From: Xanthobacteraceae bacterium
GTDB lineage: Bacteria; Pseudomonadota; Alphaproteobacteria; Rhizobiales; Xanthobacteraceae
Length of the DNA stretch: 64,000 nucleotides
NCBI GenBank assembly: GCA_022841625.1
Contig: JALHRD010000013.1
Coordinates: 24,577 to 88,576 of the forward strand
Direction of reading: 5' to 3'
This document shows positions 10,583 through 18,564 of this stretch, in pieces; the stretch's first letter is position 1, and the number at the start of each line of letters is the position of its first letter. The notes below the pieces were generated by a model. The model worked only from the letters and a program-made list of their open reading frames with translations. It did no database searches and was not told where the DNA came from. The position numbers and the translations under genes were made by a program.

Positions 10583-11301
10583 CGGCCGAGCCGCAACAGC
10601 AAACGCTGACGTTCCGGTGCCCACCGGAGCTCGAACCGATTCTGCCGAAGCCGTCGCCCGCGATCCTCGGCCTGCCGGATTGGTTCAAGACCATGCCGGC
10701 CGCGGCCTTCAGCGCGCTCCAGCAGAGCGAGCAACTGACGCTTAAGAAATGTCCGCCTTTCATCGACGCGATGACGTCAGGATTTTTGCTTCCGTTGGTC
10801 TGCGATCTGCGCGTCGAAGGCGGCACTTTCAGTTGGGACTTCAGCCCGCCGTCCGGCGCGATCACCAGCTACACGCGCTCGCCGATCGATTTTCACGACA
10901 ACGTCCAGGTCGTCGGCACGCCCTACTTCGCCGACGATCGCTTCATCATCAAGTTCAACAATTTCTGGACCATTGAATCGCCGCCCGGATATTCGCTCTT
11001 GATCACTCATCCGATCAATCGCACCGACCTCCCCTTCACCACCCTCACCGGTCTGATCGACACCGATCTCTATCGTGACAACTTCATCAACTTCCCGGCT
11101 TGGTGGCGCGATGAAAACTTCGAAGGTGTGCTGGCGAAGGGCACGCCGATTGCGCAATGCATCCCGGTGAAGCGCGACCTTTGGGAGGCGCGGTTCGAGA
11201 CCATCACCGGCGACGGCGTGCGAAAGTTGCAGGAGACTTCGGTGGCGGTCACCAGCACGCGCGGCGTCTATCGCCGCCAGTTCCGGGCCCGGAAGAGATA
11301 A
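10579..11301 (+). CDS. Conserved hypothetical protein. It resembles an uncharacterised proteobacterial family I recall as DUF6065; I cannot verify that here.
   Basis: 240-aa ORF. Its TTG start at 10579 overlaps the TGA stop of the TPR gene (tTTGAc), implying translational coupling. Distinctive motifs: KKCPPFIDAMTSGFLLPL, LITHPINR, INFPAWW, GTPIAQCIPV. Confidence 0.6.
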   Translation: MTAEPQQQTLTFRCPPELEPILPKPSPAILGLPDWFKTMPAAAFSALQQSEQLTLKKCPPFIDAMTSGFLLPLVCDLRVEGGTFSWDFSPPSGAITSYTRSPIDFHDNVQVVGTPYFADDRFIIKFNNFWTIESPPGYSLLITHPINRTDLPFTTLTGLIDTDLYRDNFINFPAWWRDENFEGVLAKGTPIAQCIPVKRDLWEARFETITGDGVRKLQETSVAVTSTRGVYRRQFRARKR

Positions 11302-11502
11302 AGCGAACGACTCTATCCGATCGGCCAACTCCCCGATCCGTCATCCTGGGGCGCCCGAGCGGAGCGACTTCGGCGGGCACCTCAGATGATCAGGGATTGA
11401 GAATGAGTTCGAATCGGGTCAGAAAATTCAAGGCGCATCAATCCTTGCACGGCGCCGCCATCGACCGCGTTTGAGGGTACTTCCAGGGCGGAAGCCGATC
11501 TT

Positions 11503-11829
11503 TTGCACATCCTGATGACCAGCGCGGCGGAGCGATGGGGAGCTGAGGGCGCGCGCCGTTCCGCCTCGCTTCTCGCGGGGGCAATGCGCAAGGTGGCAAC
11601 CGACCCGCAGGGGCCGACGACGCGCGCGCGGAACGACCTCCATCCAGGTGTCCGAAGCGTTCACATACGCCATGCGCGCGGGGCCAATCCCGATTCGAAT
11701 GTGCGACGGCCAGTGCACATCCTTTCTTATCGCGCAGTCGCATCTGACCTCGTCGAGATTTTCCGCGTGCTGCATGAGCGGATGGAGCCGAGCCGACATT
11801 TGGGTGCGATTTTCGACGAGGGCGATTGA
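11503..11829 (+). pseudogene. ParE/RelE-family toxin-like ORF, orphan and probably degenerate
   Basis: The C-terminal part PVHILSYRAVASDLVEIFRVLHERMEPSRHLG matches the ParE signature (H.I.YR....V.I.RVLH.RM.....L). Upstream, RAEADLLHILMTSAAERWGAEGARR resembles the ParE N-terminal helices (A..DL..I..Y...RWG). The frame is open from 11407 but has no ATG near the expected start. Only about 160 bp separates it from the preceding gene, too little for an intact antitoxin. Confidence 0.4.
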
Positions 11830-11942
11830 CTGCAAGGCCATTGACCAAGGGAATTCACCGTGCCGACGGCTATTTTTGCTCGCCAGTGGCTTTACCAAGG
11901 GCGATTACATCCGGCCGGAACATGCAATAGGTGGAATTGCGC

Positions 11943-12328
11943 ATGGCGGGCGTGTTCAAGAGCTGGCGGATTGGGGCCTTTGGTCTCTTGTCCTGGGCAA
12001 TTCCCTTCGCTGCGTCTTTGGTTTTTTTGACCGATCGGGCGCGCTCGTCATTTCACAGCCGCTATTCAAATCGCTGATGACGATCATCGCTGGCGGCGCT
12101 GGCGCCTTGCTGCTGGTGCTGGCATTCCGGCAGATCGGTCCAACCGTGCAATCGGGCGTGGCGATTGGCGGCTATTGGCTCGCGATCAATTGGGTTCTCG
12201 ATTTTCTGATTCTCTTGCCGATCTCGGGCATGAGCGCCGGCGCATATTTCTATGACATCGGCTTGCGCTATCTGCTGATTCCGATCATGGCGGTCGCGAT
12301 CGGTAAGGTGGCGAAAGGCCGATCGTAG
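11943..12328 (+). pseudogene. Small 4-TM membrane protein interrupted by a frameshift at a T7 run (or a sequencing error)
   Basis: The ATG at 11943 opens MAGVFKSWRIGAFGLLSWAIPFAASLVF (a TM helix), and this frame stops at 12077. The hydrophobic remainder (DRSGALVISQPLFKSLMTIIAGGAGALLLVLAF...AIGKVAKGRS) continues in the frame of ORF 11648-12328. One extra T in the run 12022-12028 would fuse the two frames. Confidence 0.45.
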
Positions 12329-12357
12329 CATCGGGTAAGCGCGCCCTGCCCTGCCCG

Positions 12358-13377
12358 CTACGGCCGTCGCGCCGCCATTGCCACCGCCAGCAACAGTCGC
12401 TGCACAATCGGCTCAGCAAGATCGGCGCACAACCGCGACTGCAAGGTCGCGTCGGCGATCTGGGTCATGGCGGTCTGTAGCCGCGCCGCCGACCAGGCGC
12501 GCAATGCGGCCTGTGCGAGCGGCACGCGGCTGAAGTGCAGCCACATGCCGCCGACCGCGGCGTCGGCCGATTGCCCCTCGTCGACCGCGAGCCGCGCCTT
12601 GTGCAGCAGGCTGGCGTGGCGCCCGGCCGCGAACAGGATCGCACCCGCTGAGGTGCCGGCGTTGCGCGCCTTGGTGAATTGGAACTCGACCTCGGGAAGT
12701 TTCCCGCCGAAGGCGGCATCGATCAGGGCATCGAGCGCCAGCGCCGAGGCGTCGGTCACCACCGCGGCCACGTCCTCCAATTCGACACGCTTTTTGCCAT
12801 AGGCATAGAGCGCGAGCTTCTGCAATTCGCTGCGGGACGCCAGCCGATCGCCGCCCAGGAGTGGCACCAGCGCGGCGCGCGCCTCGGGCGCGATCGTCAG
12901 CCCGGCGGCCTGCATCTCGGCATCGATCAGGCGCGGCAAGTTTTTTTCGTCGTCGGGATAGCAAGGCAGCACCGCGGCGTTTTTGGCGCTCTCGCAGAGT
13001 GCGCGCAGCGGCGCGTTCTTGCGCAATTCGCCGGCCTCGATCACCACCCGGCATTCTCTCGGGGCTGCGCCAAGCAGGGTCTCGACCGCGGGGGCGAGAT
13101 TGCGCGTGCTGGATTTCACCCAAACCGCGCGTCGGCCGCCGAACAGCGGAATGGTGTTGGCCTCCTCCACCAGCCGCGACGGGTCCGACGCAATCAGATC
13201 GCCCTCCATCCGCACCAGTGAGAACGGATCGTCGATGTTGTCGACCGAGGCGCGGATCAAGGCTTCGGCGCGCTCGCGCACCAAGCCGGCATCGGCGCCA
13301 TACACCAGGACCACCGGCTGCGCCGGGTTGGGCTTGGCGACGAAGGCGTCGATCTGGGCGGCTTTGAGTGCGGTCAT
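12358..13377 (-). CDS. holA: DNA polymerase III subunit delta (HolA)
   Basis: 339 aa. The N-terminus VVLVYGADAGLVRERAEAL..IPLFGGRRAVWV and the overall length and layout are typical of alphaproteobacterial HolA. It lies downstream of leuS, as in the conserved leuS-lptE-holA cluster. Confidence 0.88.
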   Translation of the reverse strand: MTALKAAQIDAFVAKPNPAQPVVLVYGADAGLVRERAEALIRASVDNIDDPFSLVRMEGDLIASDPSRLVEEANTIPLFGGRRAVWVKSSTRNLAPAVETLLGAAPRECRVVIEAGELRKNAPLRALCESAKNAAVLPCYPDDEKNLPRLIDAEMQAAGLTIAPEARAALVPLLGGDRLASRSELQKLALYAYGKKRVELEDVAAVVTDASALALDALIDAAFGGKLPEVEFQFTKARNAGTSAGAILFAAGRHASLLHKARLAVDEGQSADAAVGGMWLHFSRVPLAQAALRAWSAARLQTAMTQIADATLQSRLCADLAEPIVQRLLLAVAMAARRP

Positions 13378-13383
13378 GGAAGA

Positions 13384-13446
13384 GCGAATAGCGAATAGGG
13401 AGTAGGGAGTAGGGAGTAGGGAGTAGGGAGTAGGGAGTAGTCAGTA
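13384..13446. repeat. Tandem heptamers: (GCGAATA)x2 followed by (GGGAGTA)x6 plus one degenerate unit
   Basis: Read directly: gcgaata at 13384 and 13391; gggagta at 13398, 13405, 13412, 13419, 13426 and 13433; gtcagta at 13440. The array begins 6 nt upstream of the holA ATG. Confidence 0.9.
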
Positions 13447-13460
13447 CAGCAGAACGGCCA

Positions 13461-13502
13461 TACTTACTATTCGCTATTCGCTATTCGCTATTCGCTATTC
13501 GC
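13461..13502. repeat. Tandem heptamers (TATTCGC)x5 preceded by a degenerate TACTTAC; reverse complement of the GCGAATA units at 13384-13397
   Basis: Read directly: tattcgc at 13468, 13475, 13482, 13489 and 13496. The array ends 5 nt from the leuS stop codon (13508-13510). Confidence 0.9.
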
Positions 13503-13507
13503 TTTCT

Positions 13508-16330
13508 TTACGCCACCACATTGACGATCCGGCCCGGCACCACGATCACTTTTTTGGGCGGCTTGCCTTCGAGCGCGCGCTGGATGGCGTCGAGTGCGAG
13601 CACCGCCGCCTCGATGTCGGGATTCTTGGCGTCGCGCGCCACGGTGATGTCGGCGCGCTTCTTGCCATTGACCTGCACCGGCAACGTGACGGTATTTTCA
13701 ACCAATAGCGCGGGCTCGAGTTCCGGCCAGGGTTGGGTGGCGAGCACGGTTGTATGGCCGAGCGCCGCCCAGCATTCCTCGGCCAAATGCGGCATCATCG
13801 GATTGAACAGTTTGATCAGAATTTCGGCGGCTTCCCGCATCGCCCAGCGGTAGTCCGACGTCGGTGCTTGCTCCTGCGAACCGATCGAGTCTGAGAACGC
13901 ATTGGCGAATTCATAGAGGTGCGCCACCGCCACATTGAAGTGCAGCTTCTCGATGGCGTCCGATACTTTGGCCAAAGCGCCATGCGCGGCCTTGCGCAGC
14001 GTTTGGGCGCCCTCCCCGAATTGCACCGGCCGTTGGTCTGGCGCTGTTGCTGCCACCTCCGCCGCCTCGCCGACCAGCCGCCACAGCCGTTGCGTAAAGC
14101 GCCAGGCGCCCTGCACGCCGCGCTCGGTCCATTCGACGTCGCGCTCGGGCGGCGAATCCGACAGCATGAACCAGCGCGCCACATCGGCACCGTAGCTCGC
14201 GATGATGTCGTCGGGATCGATGACGTTTTTCTTCGACTTCGACATTTTCTCGATCGCGCCGATCTCGACCGGCGCGCCGGTCGCGGTCAGCTTGGCGCGG
14301 CGCTGATCGCCCTCGGTCTCGATCGTCACCGAAGCCGGCTCGACCCACTCGCCGTCCTTGGACTTGTAGGTTTCATGCACCACCATGCCCTGGGTGAACA
14401 GGCCGGCGAACGGCTCGTCCAGGCCGACATGGCCGGTGGCCTTCATCGCGCGGGTGAAGAAGCGCGAATACAGCAGATGCAAAATCGCGTGCTCGATGCC
14501 GCCGATATATTGGTCGACCGGCAGCCAGCGATCGACCACCGCGCGGTCGGTCGGCGCGCTGTCGTTCCAGGGGTCGGTGAAGCGCGCGAAATACCAGGAC
14601 GAGTCCACAAAGGTGTCCATGGTGTCGGTCTCGCGCCGCGCCGGCTTGCGGCACTGCGGGCAGGTCACGTCGCGCCAGGTCGGGTGGCGGTCGAGCGGAT
14701 TGCCGGGGCGGTCGAAACTCACGTCCTCCGGCAGGGTCACCGGCAGGTCCTTGGCCGGCACCGGCACCACGCCGCAACTGGTGCAATGGATCACCGGGAT
14801 CGGGCAGCCCCAGTAGCGTTGCCGCGAAATGCCCCAGTCGCGCAGCCGGTAATTGACCTGCCGCTCGGCCACTGGCCGACTCTTCTCCCTCTCCCCGCTA
14901 GCGGGGAGAGGGTTGGGGTGAGGGGGGCGCTCCACGGTCGCGCTTTGTCGAGAGCCCCCCTCACCCGACCTCGCTCCGCTCGGTCGACCTCTCCCCGCAG
15001 GCGGGGAGAGGTGAATCCCGTCAGACCGATAGGTCCTTTCCAATTTGCGTGCGACTTCCTCTTTTGCGGCTTCGACCGTCATGCCGTTGAGGTCGATGAA
15101 ATCGTTCTTTGAATTAATCAGCGTGCCGTCGCCGTCATAGGCGGTCTTGGCGATGACGAACGACTTCGGATCCTGCCCGGGCGGGCAGACCACTGGGGTA
15201 TTACCCAGGCCGTATTTGTTGACGAAATCGAGGTCGCGCTGGTCGTGCGCCGGGCAGCCGAAGATCGCGCCGGTGCCGTAGTCCATCAGGATGAAGTTCG
15301 CAACATAGACCGGCAATTGCCAGGTCGGGTCGAACGGGTGGATCGCCTTGATACCGGTGTCGAAGCCTTGCTTCTCGGCGGTCTCGATCGCTTCCTGCGC
15401 GGTGCCGCCCCGTTTGCATTCGGCGATGAAGGCGGCGAGCGCCGGATTTTTCTTCGCCGCCGTCTGGGCGATCGGATGGTCGGGCGCGACCGCGACAAAG
15501 CGCGCGCCGAACAGCGTGTCGCCGCGGGTGGTGAATATTTCGAGTTCGCGTTCGCCGGCCGGCGTGGTTTTCGGGTCGAGCGCAAAGCGGACCAACAGGC
15601 CCTCGGAGCGGCCGATCCAGTTCTTCTGCATCAGCCGCACTTTTTCCGGCCAGCGCTCGAGCGTGTCGAGCTTGGTCAGGAGGTCTTCGGCGAAATCGCT
15701 GATCTTGAGGAACCATTGCGTGAGCTCGCGCTGCTCAACCGGTGCGCCCGAGCGCCAGCCGCGTCCCTCGATCACCTGTTCATTGGCGAGCACGGTCATA
15801 TCGACCGGATCCCAATTGACCTTTGATTGCTTGCGCTCGACCAGCCCGGCTTTGAGGAAATCGAGGAACATTTTCTGCTGGTGCTTGTAATAGGCCGGGT
15901 CGCAGGTCGCGATCTCGCGCGCCCAATCGAGCGACAGCCCCATCGATTGCAGCTGCGCCTTCATCGCCGCGATGTTCTGGTAGGTCCAGGCGCGCGGATG
16001 CACCTTGCGTTCCATGGCGGCGTTCTCGGCCGGCATGCCATGGGCGTCCCAGCCCATCGGATGCAGCACGGTAAAGCCGCGCGCGCGCTTATAGCGCGCG
16101 ACCACATCGCCCATGGTGTAGTTGCGCACATGCCCCATGTGGATGCGCCCGGACGGGTACGGGAACATCTCGAGCACGTAATAGGTCGGCTTGGCGGGCT
16201 TGCCGTTGGCGGCGGCCTTTAGCTCGTCATTTGACGTCGCGAAAATGCCGGCAGCGTCCCATTTCTGCTGCCAGCGCGGTTCGGCGGTGCGGGGGTTGTA
16301 ACGGTCGGGTTTGTGGGGTTCGGCGGTCAT
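13508..16330 (-). CDS. leuS: Leucine--tRNA ligase (LeuRS) carrying an in-frame 42-codon repeat insertion
   Basis: 940 aa with the HIGH-type motif [13 protein letters not shown], plus [16 protein letters not shown] and KMSKSKKN. The insertion is listed as a separate repeat feature. Confidence 0.97.
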   Translation of the reverse strand: MTAEPHKPDRYNPRTAEPRWQQKWDAAGIFATSNDELKAAANGKPAKPTYYVLEMFPYPSGRIHMGHVRNYTMGDVVARYKRARGFTVLHPMGWDAHGMPAENAAMERKVHPRAWTYQNIAAMKAQLQSMGLSLDWAREIATCDPAYYKHQQKMFLDFLKAGLVERKQSKVNWDPVDMTVLANEQVIEGRGWRSGAPVEQRELTQWFLKISDFAEDLLTKLDTLERWPEKVRLMQKNWIGRSEGLLVRFALDPKTTPAGERELEIFTTRGDTLFGARFVAVAPDHPIAQTAAKKNPALAAFIAECKRGGTAQEAIETAEKQGFDTGIKAIHPFDPTWQLPVYVANFILMDYGTGAIFGCPAHDQRDLDFVNKYGLGNTPVVCPPGQDPKSFVIAKTAYDGDGTLINSKNDFIDLNGMTVEAAKEEVARKLERTYRSDGIHLSPPAGRGRPSGARSGEGGSRQSATVERPPHPNPLPASGEREKSRPVAERQVNYRLRDWGISRQRYWGCPIPVIHCTSCGVVPVPAKDLPVTLPEDVSFDRPGNPLDRHPTWRDVTCPQCRKPARRETDTMDTFVDSSWYFARFTDPWNDSAPTDRAVVDRWLPVDQYIGGIEHAILHLLYSRFFTRAMKATGHVGLDEPFAGLFTQGMVVHETYKSKDGEWVEPASVTIETEGDQRRAKLTATGAPVEIGAIEKMSKSKKNVIDPDDIIASYGADVARWFMLSDSPPERDVEWTERGVQGAWRFTQRLWRLVGEAAEVAATAPDQRPVQFGEGAQTLRKAAHGALAKVSDAIEKLHFNVAVAHLYEFANAFSDSIGSQEQAPTSDYRWAMREAAEILIKLFNPMMPHLAEECWAALGHTTVLATQPWPELEPALLVENTVTLPVQVNGKKRADITVARDAKNPDIEAAVLALDAIQRALEGKPPKKVIVVPGRIVNVVA
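14887..15012. repeat. Nested-palindrome (REP/MITE-like) element embedded in frame in leuS
   Basis: It has three parts. CCCTCTCCCCGC-TA-GCGGGGAGAGGG occupies 14887-14912. GGGTGAGGGGGGC (14916-14928) pairs with GCCCCCCTCACCC (14954-14966). ACCTCTCCCCGC-AG-GCGGGGAGAGGT occupies 14987-15012. The total is 126 bp, or 42 codons, translated as [42 protein letters not shown]. Confidence 0.75.
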
Positions 16331-16479
16331 TGGCGGGCTGTTTTAGAGCCCGGCGGGGGGATGGGGAAGGGACATGAGCCGCGATTTTTCAGTTGCTTGG
16401 GCTCGCAGCGTTGTGCGTCCACCGTCCACTCGCTACCTTTGCGCCACAACAAACAAGCATCGCCCAAGGGAGGTCCCCC

Positions 16480-17421
16480 ATGCCATCACGTCGTGACGTC
16501 ACCAAAGGCCTAGCCGGCCTGATCGGCACAGGGATCGCCATGGCATCGCCGCAGACCGTCTCCGCCCAAACCTCCCCTGCCCCAACGGTCCCCGCCGCCC
16601 GGCGTCGCCTCATTGTCGACGCGCAGGTGCACCTGTGGCCGCCGAACACGCCGGATCTGCCATGGGTGCCCGGCGCAAAGCCGCAGCAGCCGGAGCCTTT
16701 CACCATCGAGCGGGTGCTGCCGCTGATGGACGAGGGCGGCGTCGACCGCGTCATCATCGTGCCGCCGACCTTGACCGGCACCCGCAACGACTACGGCATC
16801 GAAGCGGTCAAACGCTATCCCAACCGCTTCGCGGTAATGGGGCGCTTCCCGGTCAACGATCCGAAATCGGCGCCACTGCTGGCGACCTGGAAGCAACAGC
16901 CCGGCATGCTCGGGGTGCGGACCACCTTGCAGGGCAAACCGGGCAGCGAGCTGTTGGACGGCATGGACTGGTTCTGGGCCGCCGCCGAGAAGGCCGGCGT
17001 TCCGGTGATGTTTCATGGCGCCGGCAACCTGCCGCGGTTTGTGGCGATTGCCCAACGTCATCCTGCGCTCACGCTGATTGTCGATCACATCGGCATGTCG
17101 AACACCATCCCGCTGGCGCAGTCCGCCACCGACACCATTGCGCTGGCGAAATTTCCCAACGTTTCGGTGAAGATGAAAGCCGGCGCGCAATATGCGCCGG
17201 AGCCCTATCCTTATCGGGCAATGAATGTCCAAATCCGCCGCGTGTTCGACGCGTACGGGCCGCGCCGCTGCTATTGGGAAACCGACATCACCCAGACCCT
17301 GAACGAAGGCGGCTACCGCCACCGCATCGCGCATTTCACCCAGGAACTGGACTTCCTGTCGGAGGACGACAAGGACTGGATCATGGGCCGCGCGATTCTT
17401 GAGCGGCTGCAATGGGCGTAG
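16480..17421 (+). CDS. Amidohydrolase-2 family (metal-dependent hydrolase) protein with a twin-arginine signal peptide
   Basis: The start was set at ATG 16480 behind AAGGGAGG (16466-16473). The N-terminus MPSRRDVTKGLAGLIGTGIAMASPQTVSAQ is Tat-like. The body has VDAQVHLW, VDRVIIVPP and LIVDHIGM, typical of the amidohydrolase-2 TIM barrel. Confidence 0.78.
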   Translation: MPSRRDVTKGLAGLIGTGIAMASPQTVSAQTSPAPTVPAARRRLIVDAQVHLWPPNTPDLPWVPGAKPQQPEPFTIERVLPLMDEGGVDRVIIVPPTLTGTRNDYGIEAVKRYPNRFAVMGRFPVNDPKSAPLLATWKQQPGMLGVRTTLQGKPGSELLDGMDWFWAAAEKAGVPVMFHGAGNLPRFVAIAQRHPALTLIVDHIGMSNTIPLAQSATDTIALAKFPNVSVKMKAGAQYAPEPYPYRAMNVQIRRVFDAYGPRRCYWETDITQTLNEGGYRHRIAHFTQELDFLSEDDKDWIMGRAILERLQWA

Positions 17422-17470
17422 AGCATGATCCCGAAAAGTGGGAACCGGTTTTCGGAAAAGATCATACTCA
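17421..17470. repeat. Palindromic intergenic repeat of the Bradyrhizobiaceae type
   Basis: GAGCATGATC-CCGAAAA-GTGGGAACCGG-TTTTCGG-AAAA-GATCATACTC has outer arms matching 9/10 and perfect 7-nt inner arms. Its antisense translation gives EYDLFRKPVPTFRDHAL (seen in ORF 16510-17559). I recognise that peptide from many spurious hypothetical proteins in this family. Confidence 0.6.
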
Positions 17471-17598
17471 GACAATGAAGAGTAACGCCGTTGTCTTGAC
17501 GAACTTTCCGGGTTAGCTGTCGGCTTGCTCCGGTCGATCCGATCGCCGCTTTCCGACACTCCGCTTCATCCTGTCATTTTCCAGAGTTGGCGTCAGCC

Positions 17599-18564
17599 AT
17601 GCACTATACCACCCTCGGCCGCACCGGCCTTCGTGTCAGCGTCGCTGGGCTCGGTTGCGGCGGCTTCTCGCGGCTTGGGCTCAAGGCCGGCAAGACCGAG
17701 GACGATGCGGCGCGGCTGATCGAGGCGGCGTTCGATCTCGGCGTCAATTTTATCGACACCGCGCCGAGCTACGGCACCGAGGGCGTGGTCGGCAAGGCGC
17801 TGAGAACGATCCCACGTGACCAAGTGGTGATCGCCACCAAGGCGCAAGTTCACCGCAATAACGAATGGGCGCCGCCCGAGCGCGTGGTCGCGAGCCTCGA
17901 CAATTCGCTGCGGGTGATGGGCGTCGATACCATCGACGTGTTCAATCTGCACGGCATCGAAGCCGATGAATATGATTATTGCCTGGAGAAGATCGCGCCG
18001 GCGCTGTTGGAACAAAAGGCCAAGGGCAAGATCAAGCATATCGGGCTCACCGAAAATCCGATTGTCGACCACACCAATGAAATGCTGCTGCGCGCCATGC
18101 GCGATCCGGTGTGGGAGGTGGTCATGGTCGGCTTCCACATGATGCACCAGGGCGCGCGCCGCAATGTGTTCCCAATCACGCAGCAGAAGGGCATCGGCAC
18201 GCTTTTGATGTTCGCGGTGCGCAGCATCTTTGCCGATCCGCCACGGGTGGCGCGGGAAATGCGCGCGCTGGCCGATAAGGGTTTGGTGGAAAAATGGCTG
18301 GGCGAGGCCAAAGATCCGCTCGGCTTTCTGATTCACGAAGCCGGCGCCGCCAACATGACCGAGGCAGCCTATCGCTATGTGCGGCACGAGCCCGGCGTCG
18401 ACATCGTGCTGTTCGGCACCGGCAGCGTGGAGCATCTGCGCGCCAATATCGCCGCGATCGAAAAGCCGCCGCTGCCGGAGGCCGACCGGACGCAGCTTGC
18501 GAAACTGTTCGGCCACCTCGCGGTCGGCATCGGCCTCGACGGCCACGCCGTCGCACCGCGCTAA
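17599..18564 (+). CDS. Aldo/keto reductase family oxidoreductase
   Basis: MHYTTLGRTGLRVSVAGLGCGG, NFIDTAPSYGTEG and GLTEN are typical AKR motifs. The start was set at ATG 17599; the ORF-track TTG at 17587 is an alternative. Confidence 0.87.
   Translation: MHYTTLGRTGLRVSVAGLGCGGFSRLGLKAGKTEDDAARLIEAAFDLGVNFIDTAPSYGTEGVVGKALRTIPRDQVVIATKAQVHRNNEWAPPERVVASLDNSLRVMGVDTIDVFNLHGIEADEYDYCLEKIAPALLEQKAKGKIKHIGLTENPIVDHTNEMLLRAMRDPVWEVVMVGFHMMHQGARRNVFPITQQKGIGTLLMFAVRSIFADPPRVAREMRALADKGLVEKWLGEAKDPLGFLIHEAGAANMTEAAYRYVRHEPGVDIVLFGTGSVEHLRANIAAIEKPPLPEADRTQLAKLFGHLAVGIGLDGHAVAPR

Noticed and set aside
13384-13502. Possibility that the repeat arrays are a CRISPR array
   Set aside because: The units are 7 nt and directly abutting, with no spacers, and there are no cas genes. 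This is microsatellite-like tandem repetition.
13919-15112. 397-aa plus-strand ORF inside leuS, plus the other long shadows at 15245-15890
   Set aside because: They are antisense to LeuRS, which has HIGH and KMSKS motifs on the minus strand. Their composition is typical of GC3-driven shadow ORFs.
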